Position numbers and translations under genes: made by a program. This document shows, one piece after another, positions 1 through 13,041 of a stretch of 64,000 nt of DNA. Where the stretch lies: positions 4,712,001 through 4,776,000 of the forward strand of contig OZ024749.1 in assembly GCA_964016885.1 (NCBI GenBank). Reading direction: 5' to 3'. The notes below the pieces were generated by a model. That model saw only the letters and a program-made list of their open reading frames with translations. It had not been told where the DNA came from and ran no database searches. This DNA is from Eledone cirrhosa. Its lineage: Eukaryota. Position 1 is the first letter of the stretch. The number at the start of each line of letters is the position of its first letter.

Positions 1-273
1 CACGGGAAGATATATGTATGTATATTGCTTCCATCCCCTCACTAACCAGCAGCTGGCCATCTGGCCATTGCTAAATTTGACCTTTATAAAATAACCCACA
101 CCCCCAAATAACTTCGCATTCACTACCAGCAAGGCACACAGCAGTCAACGAGCTGCTAAACGAGCTGCTACCAAGATGAAAAATACTGTGAAATCCCACA
201 ATGAATTTTATACTTGAATTTTCAAATCTCAAATTTTAACTCTTCTTATAATTAATTTTTCTTAATATTAATC

Positions 274-321
274 AACATTTGAAAAGATGGCTTTTGCAGA
301 CCCATCGAAACCGGTCATTTT
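274..321 (+). ncRNA. Degenerate minimal type I hammerhead-like motif (probable Penelope-like element remnant)
   Basis: AACAT-TTGAAAA (2 mismatches to CUGANGA)-GATGG...CCATC (stem II)-GAAA-CCGG-TC-ATTTT. Palindromic ACCGGT stem III and GUC site; core and stem I decayed. Confidence 0.45.
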
Positions 322-492
322 TTATATTCTTTATTATTTCCCTACCTTATAAAATCATATGTTTTTTCACAAAAAAGTATTCTGTCTCTTATATATTCCA
401 TGTGCCATTACCAACCTCAATTTTCTCTATAACCTTCGTTTTGTGTAGTAAATTACACTTTTCATATATAGTATACTATATATATATATATA

Positions 493-682
493 TAATTGTT
501 TCTACTTTTGGCACAAGGCCAGCAATTAACCAGTACATTACTGGTACTTTATTTTATCGACCCCGTAAGGATGAAAGGCAAAGTTAACCTCGGCGGGATT
601 TGAACTCAGAATGATAAGGGCAGTAACTCTATGCGTCAAAGTATGGCGTCCGACCCTCTACCGACACTGCCAATCCACCGCC
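493..682 (-). mobile_element. tRNA-derived SINE (octopod-type), full length
   Basis: Minus strand GGCGGTGGATTGGCAGTGTCGG (A-box-like) ... GAGTTCAAATCC (B box) ... GGGTCGATAAAATAAAGTACCAGT ... GTAGAAACAATTAT tail; many near-identical copies in the window. Confidence 0.9.
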
Positions 683-749
683 CTATATATATAATGTATG
701 AAATATATATATATATAATATAATGTAATATATATATATATATTATAAT

Positions 750-1158
750 ACCAGCCGAAAGACCCAAGCCTGGCTGTCAGAGAACTTCGTCGACCAGATT
801 TCACCTGACATCTGGCCTCCCAGCTCGCCTGACTGCAACCCCCTCGACTTCTTTGTGTGGGGCGCAGTGGAACGAGACACCAACAGATCTAGCTGCAATA
901 CCAAAGACGATCTGAAGACCAGGATCACAAATGCCTTTAGGGGCCTAAGTCGGGCGACAGTGACGAAGGCGTGTAGCCGGTTTCGAGGCCGCCTTGAGGT
1001 CGGCATCAAAGCCAATAGCGGGTTTATCGAGTGAGATCGAAAGAACTAGTTATCAAGTCAAACTGACCCAAGTTTGATAAATATATCTTAAAAAATAAAA
1101 CTACTGTGTTATTTTTTCCTAGAAAGTAACCTTGGGAACAAATATCGTCCGCACCCTG
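750..1158 (+). mobile_element. 3' end of a Tc1/mariner-superfamily (maT/DD37D-like) transposon: transposase C-terminus plus right TIR
   Basis: Frame 750-1034 reads TSRKTQAWLSENFVDQISPDIWPPSSPDCNPLDFFVWGAVERDTN...RFRGRLEVGIKANSGFIE*, with a WPPSSPDxNPLD catalytic motif. It ends ...CGTCCGCACCCTG followed by TA (TIR CAGGGTG...). Confidence 0.85.
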
Positions 1159-1328
1159 TATATGTAATATACATAACATATATATGTAATATAATATATA
1201 TTATAATATATATATATAATATAATATGTATGTAATATACATATAATATATATAATATAATATGTAATATATATATTATATATAAACTATATTATATATA
1301 CTATATTATATATACTGTATTATATATA

Positions 1329-1383
<55 letters not shown>

Positions 1384-1387
<4 letters not shown>

Positions 1388-1793
1388 TGGCTGCCAACTC
1401 GTTTTCGAGTACGGCCACTACTTTATATCTATGTAGGAGAACCCCTACTGATGCGCTGAACGAGTGTGGCTTTTAGTCCAGCCAGCGACTTGAAAACTCT
1501 GGTACAAACACTACACTTGTGACAATTATTGACACATAGTGCTGGGCCCATGGTATCATGTGATGACAAGTGCAGAGAGATCTCCAGATATAAAGCAATG
1601 CCTGTGCTGTGAAGCTTTTATAGTGAGCAAAGGCACTGCACAAAGCCAGTCCCACTCTCTTAACCAAGATGATATTTACCAAAAAGAAGAACAAGTCAAC
1701 ATCATTGGATACCATCAGGGTTGCAGGTGTTATATCAGAGTTTTCCTTCTCCTAGAATTCTGCCTTGACAAAGGCTAAGGGGTCATCTCTCCC
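1384..1793 (-). mobile_element. ~410-bp interspersed retroposon-like repeat, copy 1
   Basis: Closely similar to 53788-54192. Same left boundary (ATGGTGGCTGCCAACTCG) abutting TA/TACA microsatellite and a different right boundary, consistent with a 5'-truncated minus-strand retroposon (strand inferred). Confidence 0.75.
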
Positions 1794-2100
1794 TTATACA
1801 TACACATACATACATACATATACATATTCTGTCAGGTATACATTGCTTTAGAATTAGAATTGGTTGATATATTATATCGGTGAAGCAGTATCTACACAAT
1901 TGATTTCATCTTTAGTTTTTAGCAGTATTACTTTAGCCGTGGTTTAGCACAGTTAATGTATCGAACAAAATATTTTTTTTTACATTAACTACCTAATCTT
2001 TACATTCCGAGTTCGAATCCCACAGATGCCTTCTTTCAATTACATCTTTCCTGTGTTTTGAAAATGACTAAACATTCTACTACACTTCTTTATGTGGATT

Positions 2101-2292
2101 GGTGGATTGGCAGTATCGGTAGAGGGTCGAACGCCATGCTTTGAAGCATAGAGTTACCTCCCTTTATGATCTGAGTTCAAATCCCGCCGAGTTTAACTTT
2201 GCCTTTCATCCTTACAAGGTCGATAAAATAAAGTACCAGTAATACACTTGGATAATTGCTGGCCTTGTGCCAAAAGTAGAAACAATTATTAT
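2101..2292 (+). mobile_element. tRNA-derived SINE, full length
   Basis: GGTGGATTGGCAGTATCGG...GAGTTCAAATCCCGCCG...GTAGAAACAATTATTATT. Confidence 0.9.
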
Positions 2293-4271
2293 TACTGTTC
2301 ATTTTGTTTTCAATAACTGCTTTTTACTTTTTAGTCGTTCCACATGTTTTCCGAGACAGTTGATATGTTTTACCGTGGGATATGGTTTTGTATGTAATCT
2401 GTGGTATCGGCACTATGGATAGATAACATGGCTTTTAGACATCTAGTAAGAATTTCTAACTGTAATTACTTGCGCATGTTGAGTTTACAGAAGCATAGTG
2501 GTTGTATATAGATCTCTCTACGCCTTTAATTTGAATCACTCTGCGTTGGTAATATTTCTAATTAATGCTATTTAATCAACCATGCATTAACTTTAAATAG
2601 GTTCTCTAACATTTTTGTTTTTCATAATCTTTAACGTCTTTTATCCCGCATTATATCAACGTAATTAAACGATCGCTGATGACGAGTAATAACTTAGAAA
2701 TGCAATTACACGCAGCACTTAAGACCGATACCATAATAGCTCTGATCTGATCAGAGCTTAATATACAGCGAGATTGAATACAAGTTTATTGTACATAAAC
2801 AATTTCTATATGGGTCAAAGTGTATCTATTTTTCCTGAAGCAGACGTAAACTGGAAGTATATATTGATTGTATATCTCATTCTTTCTCCCCGTTCCCTCT
2901 CTCTCAAATAGTTTACTCGTTCAGACAAATATCGTTCCCTAAAACTCTGTTCACTTTGGTGGTCTTCTCATTTTCATATGAAGCTCTAAACTATTGAATA
3001 TGTTACTAATTTGCACACACGTGGTATGTAACACATTTTAAAATGGCTTTCTTAAATTAGCTGCTGATTGTGCAATTAAATGCAGAGCTCATGAATTCAA
3101 ATTGGAAGCGGTACGTGTAATTTTTTAGAACGCGAATGTGTTCAGAAACCAAAAACACATTTTCAGTGTACATTTTCTCGTACAGATTGTTTTCCAATTA
3201 GCTTCAATTTAGTACATTTTTATTGTTGTTGTTTATCTTTTTTTATTTTCGGAAAACATGTGCACAGAAGGCAAATTACGAAGAGTTTCCCAGTTTAAAG
3301 AAAATGTTACACAAATTATACAAACGTATATTCTGAAAATTATATGAAAAATAAGTATCAAGTAATGATTATATCTGAAAATCTAATTTGGTTTCTTCGA
3401 AGAATATTATTTTCATTTTGCTTTCCAATTTGTTTTGTGGGTGTTTTTTTTCTTTAAGGTTATGTAGCTAATGTGTTTTCCCTACATGGTGTCGCGATGA
3501 TTGCATTGTTAATGTGATAGAATTATTACAATCTCTCTATTAAAAAATAAAATAATAAGCAGAAAGGCCTTTTTGGTGATAATGTATGACTGTCACCATC
3601 TATGACTGTCGCCAGGTATATTGACCCTAATATAACAGGTGTGCATACTTTATCACATCCACAGGACTGAAACCACTAAAAATAACGTTTCCTTCTTGTG
3701 GGATCTAATTGTAGGATATAAATTGACCAATTTTATATGAATTAATGCATTTACGTCTACATATCAACGTTTCTGTCAACTGAGGCATTCTGACATGAAT
3801 GAATTATTGAGGAAGAGAATATATTATTTGATGTTGCAACATAAGTTCTTACATATAGCTAGTCAACATAAAGTGGAATTTTGAATTGCGTTAAAGAAAT
3901 GTAGCATATGAAAATAAATAAAATATTGTTTTATTCCTAAAGCAAATACAAACTTGAAGTGAATTCTATATTCTATATATTTGCTTTGAGCGTATTAGTT
4001 GAAGTCCACTTATTTCCAAACAGGCGATAGAACAATCAGCGATGTATAGTCTCTTCCAGCCATGTAACTACTAGCTTTGTGATAGTTGTTTCCATAGAAA
4101 ATACAAGATATTCTAAATAGAGTAATGACATAACTAGATAATGGTATTCCATGTTTCATTGCAAATATATTTTGCTACGACAAGCTAGAGAGGACTCACA
4201 TAACTTGCTATACATTCCAACCACTTCTCTCTCAAAGAAATCGCAATATCTTGGAAAAGAAGATGCATTTA

Positions 4272-4415
4272 ATAATAGTGGAGACTTCTGGTGTCCTTGA
4301 TCCTAGGGCCACCTCCCTGCTCACCACCATCTTTACAGAGTTTGCTAACCACAGGTGTGAGTCACGCGAGATGGAATGGCTCTTCCAGCGCGTCTCCCTT
4401 GCCATCCTTCTCTAC
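4272..4415 (+). mobile_element. Fragment of the C-terminal restriction-like endonuclease of a CRE-like non-LTR retrotransposon
   Basis: IIVETSGVLDPRATSLLTTIF...ESREMEWLFQRVSLAIL matches the (F.P)AVETxGxxG...RExxWLFQRxSxAI(xRGNA) pattern of CRE-clade REL domains; homologous to 58557-59175. Confidence 0.7.
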
Positions 4416-4754
4416 TCCGTCTACTGGGACCCCATTTTCTCATAATAAGTGAGAGGTGCTAACAGTGAGAGCTAGGACCTTTGCGTTCGGACTTGGTCTA
4501 TATGTTTTAACGGACACAAAATGTTTTAATGGAGAAAAGGAATTATAATTATATATATATAGAGGCTTAGAAGTGTTATGTCGGAAAAGAAAAGGACAGC
4601 AACGACTCTCACACCTGTGATCTTATGGCTGACAAAAGGGAGGTCATGTGATAAACCAATAACAACAATCATAAAAGGAATAACAACAATCATGAAACGA
4701 AAAAAAAACAAGATTGACGAACATTTTCTTAGTTAGCAGTGGTGAATTTCAATA

Positions 4755-5125
4755 CTTTGTTGATGTTGTTGTTGTTGATGATGATGATGATGATGATGAT
4801 GATAGTGGAATGCTAATAATGTTGGTAACTTTGGGGTTGTTAATGTTAGAGTAACTGGTGCTAGTAGTGTTGTGCTGCTGTTAAGGATGCTTAAGTTGAC
4901 AGTAGTGTTGTTTTAAAAGTACCGATGCTGATGATGGTTTTGATGATGTGAAAGGTCTGATGTTGATGATCATCGTGATAGTGGTTGTCGTGATGATGAT
5001 GATGACGATGATGATGGTGTTGAGGTAAAATATACTGTTACGCATTAGACACTATGTGATTATGTTGATAATGGTGTTGCTGAGTTGATGTTGGCGGTGG
5101 TGATGATGTTTATGTTGATAGTTTA
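4755..5125. repeat. Degenerate (GAT/GTT)n low-complexity tract
   Basis: Runs of GATGAT and GTTGTT. Confidence 0.85.
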
Positions 5126-5229
5126 TATAAGAATAGATTATAATAATTACTTTACCGCAAGATCCAAATATAAAACTGCAATGGTGCTTTATTCAAAGCA
5201 TCATTTCGGTTGATGTTCCTTCCATTTAT

Positions 5230-5846
<617 letters not shown>

Positions 5847-6269
5847 TTACATATTCACACACATTGCAGGATGGGATAAAGGAACTTTAATCCTTCTTTC
5901 CATTGATGGCCCAAGTGTGTCTGATTCAATAGGGAGGTCAAAGGTTAATGGCCATATATTTGTATGTTGTTAAATTTGGCGGGATTCTCTGAAACCCCTA
6001 ACCAGATAACAAACACTAATCTCATTCCACATACTATATACTTCTTACAGAGTAGTTTCTGTTTGTTATTTTTGTTGTTGTTGGTAGTGGTGGCGGCGGT
6101 GGTGGTGGTGGTGGTGGTGGTGGTGGTCGTCGTCGTGGTTGGGTGATATTATTATTGTTTAGTTTTTTTTTTCAGTGTGGGTCGGTTGTTTCTTATATGT
6201 TATATATTTGTGTATAGAGAGGGTACGTATAAGTAAGTTTCTCCCTCTCCCTATCCCCCCTCTCCCTCT

Positions 6270-6331
<62 letters not shown>

Positions 6332-6399
6332 GGGCGTGTGATTGTATGTGCATGCTGAAAAATCGAATACGATGGATGTTTCTACTTTGATTATTGCGA

Positions 6400-6479
<80 letters not shown>

Positions 6480-6484
6480 CATGC

Positions 6485-6546
<62 letters not shown>

Positions 6547-6605
6547 TACATACATGCATATATTGCCATATGCATGTGTGTACATACAAAAACAGTATAC
6601 ATTGC

Positions 6606-6644
<39 letters not shown>

Positions 6645-6699
6645 AATGTGTATATATGTGTGTATTTATATGGTTACATGCATGTATATATATGTGAGA

Positions 6700-6733
<34 letters not shown>

Positions 6734-6845
6734 GTGTGTTTGTATGCATTTGTATATATGCATATGTATGTATCTCTCTCTCTATATATATATATGTGTC
6801 TATACATGCGTGCGAGTGTGTTAACATACATACATACATATATAT
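6270..6845. repeat. (CT)n followed by (TA)n/(TG)n compound microsatellite
   Basis: Directly visible. Confidence 0.9.
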
Positions 6846-7249
6846 TTGAACGCCCACCCCTCGTTCTCTCCCCCCACTCTCCTATTTTCTAATGTATCGA
6901 ATTGTTTCTGATATAAATTCCTTTGTGTATGTTATCTCCCCTTTTAAAATTACCTTGGGGAGTATTATTTCGAATATTCACTACATCCAATCAACCCCAC
7001 TCCCTTTTTTTTCCCTTTTACTTTTTTTATATCTCATATTATTTTATTACTTGTACTATATTTATTCATATTTTTACGTATTTTTTTTCCTTGTTTAATC
7101 TTCCTATGTATTATCTTGTTATGGCTTTTTTTGTATTTATCAATTTTTTGTTCCATGTATGTATTGTTTATTATCTTCTTCCTAGTCTGATTTCAAGAAT
7201 ATGTTGTGATAGCATATGATAGCAATGATAGAAGCCGGCTGTAAGGAAG

Positions 7250-7690
7250 GGGGCGATAGACTTGCTAGGTTTGGAGGTGAGGAGGCCGCTTTGGAAATGG
7301 CGAAGATATTGTTGATGGGGCTGTTGTTGTTGTTTTTTTGGTAATGATGCTGGTGTGGTTAATGTTGCTGGCCGTGTCAATGATGTTGATGACGATGATG
7401 CTGATGATAGCGGTGGGGTAATTTTAGTAGAGATTGTAACGAAGGAGTGATGGTGGGTTAACCCCCCCCCCCCTCCCATGTAACGTTGGTGATAGAATTG
7501 GTAGGTTTCGAGGTGAGGAGGTCGCTTTGGGAATGGTGAAGGTGGTGCTGATGGGGTTGCTGTTTTTTTTTGGTAATGATGCTGATGGTGATACTGTTGC
7601 TGGCCTTGTTATTGATGTTGATGATGATGATGTTGATGGTGATAGCGGTGGTAGTTTTAGTAGTGATTGTAACAAAGATGATTGGGGAGT
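7250..7690. repeat. Old tandem duplication, two diverged ~236-bp units
   Basis: GATAGA..TG.TAGGTTT.GAGGTGAGGAGG.CGCTTTGG.AATGG ... GATAGCGGTGG...TTTTAGTAG.GATTGTAAC occurs at ~7250-7458 and ~7487-7690. Confidence 0.75.
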
Positions 7691-7763
7691 TTTGCTAGTG
7701 ATGATGGCTTAATTAGAGGGGAATATCATAATTTTAGTGTTTTTGTTGCTTTGGTAGTTAGAA

Positions 7764-8640
7764 TTGTTTCTACTTTTGGTACAAGGCCAGAATTTACCCG
7801 ATTAAAGCATTACTGGTACTTTATTTCATCAACCCCGTAAGGATGAAAGGCAAAGCTAATCTCTTCGGCGGGATTAGAACTCAGAACATAAGGGACCATA
7901 ACTCTATGTCTGACCGTCGACCCATACTGCCAATCTACCACCCTGGTAGTTATAATAATCGTTTCTAATTTTTGACACAAGGCCAGCAAATATTCAGTGC
8001 ATTACTGGTACTTTATTTTATCGACTCCGTAAAGAGTTAACCTCGGCGGAATTTGAAGTCAGAATGGCAAGGGCCGTAACTTTATGCGTAAACGCATGGC
8101 GTCCAACCCTCTACCGATACTGCCAATCCACCGCCAGAGTTTCTACTTTTGGTACAAGGCCAGCGATTATCCCAGTGCATTACTGGTACTTTATTTTATC
8201 GACCCTGTAAAGATATAAGGCAAAGTTAACCGATACTGCCAATCCACCACCCTGGTAGTTCTAATAATTGTTTCTACTTTTTGACACAAGGCCAGCAATT
8301 ACCCAGTACATTACTGGTACTTTATTTTATCGACCCGTAAGGATAAAAGTTAAAGTTAACCTCGGCGGGATTTGAACTCAGATCATAAACGGAGGTGTAT
8401 CTATGCTTCAAAGCATGTCGTCCGACCCTCTACCTATACTGCATAATAATTGTTTCTATTTTTGGCACAAGGCCAGCAATTATTCCAGTTCATTACTGGT
8501 ACTTTATTTTATCGACCCCGTAAGGATGAAAGGCAAAGTTAACCTCGGCGGGATTTGAACTCAGATCATAAAGGGAGGTAACTCTATGCTTCAAAGCATA
8601 GCGTCCGACCCTTACCGATACTGCCAATCCATCGATCCAC
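7764..8640 (-). mobile_element. Head-to-tail cluster of five SINE copies
   Basis: SINE tail-side motif (TT)GTTTCTA.TTTT(G/T)G recurs at ~7764, ~7960, ~8139, ~8268 and ~8450, each followed by the ACTGGTACTTTATTT..ATC.AC core; the third copy is internally deleted. Confidence 0.9.
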
Positions 8641-8739
8641 ATAATGAAGTGTAGTAGAATGTTTAGTAGTAATGATGATGATGGGGTCGATTACGGTGGT
8701 GTCTCTGGAACTGGTGCTAATATTGGTTTGGTAGGTGTA

Positions 8740-9460
8740 ATGGCTGTGGTTGTGATGGTGGTAGTATTGATGGTGGTAGTATTGATGGTGGACTGGGTGG
8801 CTGTGGTTGTGATGGTGGTAGTATTGATGATGGAGTTGGTGGCTGTGGTTGTGATGGTGGTAGTATTGATGATGGAGTTGGTGGCTGTGGTTGTGATGGT
8901 GGTAGTATTGATGATGGAGTTGGTGGCTGTGGTTGTGATGGTGGTAGTATTGATGATGGAGTGGGTGGCTGTGGTTGTGATGGTTGTGTTTAATATTGGT
9001 GATGGCTGTGGTTGTGATGGTTGTGTTTAATATTGGTAATGGCTGTGGTTGTGATGGTGGTAGTATTGATGATGGAATGGGTGGCTGTGGTTGTGATGGT
9101 TGTGTTTAATATTGGTGATGGCTGTGGTTGTGATGGTGGTAGTATTGATGATGGAATGGACAGATGTGGTTGTGATGGTTGTGTTTAATATTGGTGATGG
9201 CTGTGGTTGTGATGGTTGTAGTATTGATGATGGAATGGGTGGCTGTGGTTGTGATGGTTGTGTTTAATATTGGTGATGGCTGTGGTTGTGATGGTGGTAG
9301 TATTGATGATGGAATGGACAGATGTGGTTGTGATGGTTGTGTTTAATATTGGTGATGGCTGTGGTTGTGATGGTTGTAGTATTGATGATGGAATGGGTGG
9401 CTGTGGTTGTGATGGTTGTGTTTAATATTGGTGATGGCTGTGGTTGTGCTGGTGGTGGTT
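8740..9460. repeat. Minisatellite with 42-bp and ~37-bp monomers forming 79/158-bp higher-order units
   Basis: GTGGCTGTGGTTGTGATGGTGGTAGTATTGATGATGGAGTTG is repeated, then alternates with GATGGCTGTGGTTGTGATGGTTGTGTTTAATATTGGT. The variant GGAATGGACAGAT recurs at 9153 and 9311. Confidence 0.9.
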
Positions 9461-9526
9461 GTATTTGATATTGATGATGGCTATGGTGTTGGTCGGAGAG
9501 CAGTGGAAAATGTCATGAGTTAGGCC

Positions 9527-10440
9527 TGGTGGTGGTGCTGGTCGTGGTAGTGCTGCTGGTGGTGGTGGTGGTGATACTGGTGGTGCCGGTGCTGGTGGTG
9601 CTGCTGGTGCTGGTGCTGGTGTTGCTGGTGCTGGTGGTGTCGGTGCTGGTGGTGTTGGTGGTGGTGGTGTTGGTGCTGGTGGTGTCGGTGCTGGTGGTGT
9701 TGGTGCTGGTGGTGTTGGTGCTGATGCTGGTGGTGTCGGTGCTGGTGGTGTTGGTGGTGGTGGTGTTGGTGCTGGTGCTGGTGGTGTCGGTGCTGGTCGT
9801 GTTGGTGGTGCTGGTGGTGTTGGTGCTGGTGGTGTTTTTGCTGGTAGCGGTGGTGGTGGTAGTGGTGGTAGTGGTGTTGGTAGTGGTACTGGTGGTGCTG
9901 ATGCTGGTGGCGGTGGTGGTGGTGGTGGTTGTGTTGGAGGTGGTAGTGGTGATGGTGGTGGTGGTGCTGTTGGTAGTGGAGACGGTGTTGGTGGTAGTGG
10001 TGCTGGTGGTGTTGATAGTTGTGGTGTTGGTAGTGGTGATGGTGGGGGTGGTGGTGGTGGTGGTGATGTTGGTGGTGGTGCTGGTGGTGTTGGTGGTGGT
10101 GGTGGTATTGGTGGTGGTGGTGCTGCTGGTGGTGGTTTTCGTGGTTTTCGTGGTGTTGGTGGTGGTGCTGGTGGTGCTGGTGGTGCTGGTGGTGCTGGTG
10201 GTGCTGGTGGTAGTGGTGCTGGTAGTGGTGCTGGTGGTTGGTGGTGCTGGTGGTGTTGGTGGTGTTGGTACTGGTGTTGGTTGTGGTGGGAGTAGTGGTG
10301 GTGCTGGTGGTGCGGGTGGCGGTGTCTTTTGGTGGCGATGGTGCTGGTCATGGTGGTGGTGGTGCTGGTGCTGGTGGTGGTGGTGGTGCTGGTGGTAGTG
10401 TTTGTGGTGGTGTTGGTGGTGGTGTTGGTGGTGGTGTTGT
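9527..10440. repeat. (GGT/GCT/GTT)n degenerate trinucleotide array
   Basis: Directly visible; yields Pro-, Thr- and Val-rich pseudo-ORFs. Confidence 0.95.
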
Positions 10441-10485
10441 AATATAATTATGGTGGTGTCTGTAGTGGCGTAAGTAATTGAACTC

Positions 10486-10583
10486 ATGTATATTTACACA
10501 CATAAATACATATTTATTTATATACATATATTATATACACAGAGAGAAACACACACGTACTATATAAACATACACATATATAT

Positions 10584-10665
<82 letters not shown>

Positions 10666-10884
10666 TATGTATATATATATGTATATATATATATATGTAT
10701 ATATATTATGTATATATATGTATATATGTATATGTATTATGTATATGTATGTATATATATATATATGTATATGTATATGTATGTATATATATGTGTGTGT
10801 GTGTGTGTGTATATATGTATGTATATATATATGTGTGTGTGTGTGTATATATATGTATATGTGTATATATATGTGTGTGTGTGT

Positions 10885-10916
<32 letters not shown>

Positions 10917-10951
10917 GTATATGTACATGTATATATGTATATATATATATG

Positions 10952-11000
<49 letters not shown>

Positions 11001-11009
11001 GTATGTGTA

Positions 11010-11048
<39 letters not shown>

Positions 11049-11070
11049 GTATATATATATATTTATATAT
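10486..11070. repeat. (TA)n/(TG)n compound microsatellite
   Basis: Directly visible. Confidence 0.95.
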
Positions 11071-11340
11071 TTATTTGATTTTCTTATGTTCGTGTAATCC
11101 CGAAATAACACATGTAAAATCAAACGTCTGCCACATTATGGCGATCTACGTTAAACTGACAGCTTTGTTGTTATTATCTATAGCCTTGTGGTTCCCATCA
11201 CCATCTCTATGCCTGGAAACATTATCTCATCATCATCATCAACAAAGTATTCATCAACTTCACTATTGTAATCATCAGCTTCAACGTCCTCCTCTCTCAT
11301 TAAATTTATAATACTAATAATAATAATAATAATAATAATA

Positions 11341-11580
11341 ATGATTGTCATAGGCGCACTAGGGACTATCTCAAAAAGTTGCCAGGGATGGTTAAAGAAA
11401 ATTGGTCCCGCCACGCTTTTTGGAACGCTTCAAAAGGCATGCTTGCCGGGAACAGCAAGAACCCTCCGATACGTCCTGAATATCTGAGGCTGCAGGTAGT
11501 GGCTTGATATTCATTTCAACAAACTTTCCAGTTATATAACATCAATGACTGAGACTCAAAGAATAATAATAATAATAATA
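11341..11580 (+). mobile_element. 3' end of an R4/Dong-like non-LTR retrotransposon (REL C-terminus, 3'UTR, TAA tail), copy 1
   Basis: 11344-11487 reads IVIGALGTISKSCQGWLKKIGPATLFGTLQKACLPGTARTLRYVLNI*, the IVIGALG...QKAxLLGTARILRxVL motif of R4/Dong elements; flanked on both sides by (TAA)n. Confidence 0.8.
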
Positions 11581-11581
11581 A

Positions 11582-11760
11582 TTGTTTCTAATTTTGCCAC
11601 AAGGCCAGCAATTACCCAGGGCATTACTGGTACTTTATTTTATCGACCCCGTAAGGATGAAAGGCAAAGTTAACCTCGGCGGGATTTGAACTCAGAATAG
11701 CAAGAGCCGTAACTCTATGCGTCAAAGCATGTCGTCCGACCCTCTACTGATACTGCCAAT
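11582..11760 (-). mobile_element. tRNA-derived SINE
   Basis: Matches the SINE consensus; lies between the two R4/Dong 3' ends. Confidence 0.9.
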
Positions 11761-11762
11761 TC

Positions 11763-11968
11763 AATATCCCAAAGAGTTTCCAAGGGTGGTTAAAGAAGAT
11801 TAGTCCAGCCCCCCTTTTTGGAACACTTCAAAAGGCATGCTTGCTGGGAACAGCAAGAATCCTCCGATACGTCCTGAATATCTGAGACTGCAGGTAGCAG
11901 CTTGATATTCATTTCAACAAACTTTCCTGTTAGCTAACATCAAGGAGTCAAACTCAAAGAACAATAAT
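11763..11968 (+). mobile_element. 3' end of an R4/Dong-like element, copy 2
   Basis: NIPKSFQGWLKKISPAPLFGTLQKACLLGTARILRYVLNI* and the same 3'UTR (CTGCAGGTAG..GCTTGATATTCATTTCAACAAACTTTCC). Confidence 0.8.
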
Positions 11969-12180
11969 GGTTTTTAGTATAGGCTCAAGGCCAATAATTT
12001 GGGGGTTGGGAAAGTAGATTAGATCGACCTCAGTGTGTGACTGGTACTTTATTTTATCGACCTCGTGGTGATGAAAGGAAAAGTTAACCTCATCGGGATT
12101 TGAACACAGAACGGGAAGGCCCGTAACTAGCTGCTACAAAGCATGTTGTCCGGCGCTCCATGATACTGCCAATCTGCTGC
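11969..12180 (-). mobile_element. SINE, long subfamily (extra TTGGGG...GATTAGATCGACC segment)
   Basis: Same core and B box, with an extra ~25-bp segment near the tail. Confidence 0.8.
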
Positions 12181-12189
12181 TCTAATAAT

Positions 12190-12378
12190 AATTGTTTCTA
12201 CTTTTGGCACTAGGCCAACAATTACCCAGTGTATTACTGGTACTTTATTTTATCGACCCCGTAAGGATGAAAGGCAAAGTTAACCTCGGCGGGATTCGAA
12301 CTCAGACCATAAAGGGCCGTAACTCTATGCGTCAAAGCATGGCGTCCGAGCCTCTACCGATACTGCCAATCCACCGCG
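12190..12378 (-). mobile_element. tRNA-derived SINE, short subfamily
   Basis: Matches the consensus; AATCTGCTGCTCTAATAATAAT is repeated on either side (TSD-like). Confidence 0.9.
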
Positions 12379-12721
12379 AATCTGCTGCTCTAATAATAAT
12401 AATCACAATAATAGCCACCATCAACCTCACCATCCTCCTCGCCATCACCATCATACACCTAAAGAACTTCATTATTTTCAATATTATCCTCGCCCTCATC
12501 ACCCTCTTCAGTGTTACTAACTCAGAGATCACCATCACCATCATCATCATCATCCCTTTCATCATCAACCCTACCTCCACCACCCATCCCACTGCACCAT
12601 TCCCTCCATCAGGCCCACCCCCCTCCAAATCCACCAGTATTCCTACGTCCAACATAATAATCAACATTACATTGATTGTTTGATATTGGTGACTGACCTG
12701 ATCAATCTCTAGCTAAAGAGA

Positions 12722-12862
12722 TGATGATAATATTATATAGATATATATATACATAACTATGATAAAAATATATAGATATATATATACATAACTATGATAA
12801 TATTATATAGATATATATATATAACTATGGTAATAATATATAGATATAGATATAACTATCGT

Positions 12863-12906
<44 letters not shown>

Positions 12907-12997
12907 TATGATCAAAATATATATATATATATATATATATGACTATGATAATAATATAGATATATAATTATGGTAATAATATAGATATATAACTATG

Positions 12998-13041
<44 letters not shown>

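Noticed and set aside
2101-2190. tRNA gene
   Set aside because: A/B boxes belong to SINE heads; no cloverleaf, and the SINE body follows.
2670-2715. CTGATGA-CGAGT/AATA/ACTTA-GAAA hammerhead-like string
   Set aside because: Stems I and III cannot be formed convincingly; at best a very old relic.
9422-10487. Pro-rich (formin/extensin-like) and Thr-rich (mucin-like) ORFs
   Set aside because: Several frames on both strands are open because of (GGT/GCT)n; no non-repetitive domain or splice context.
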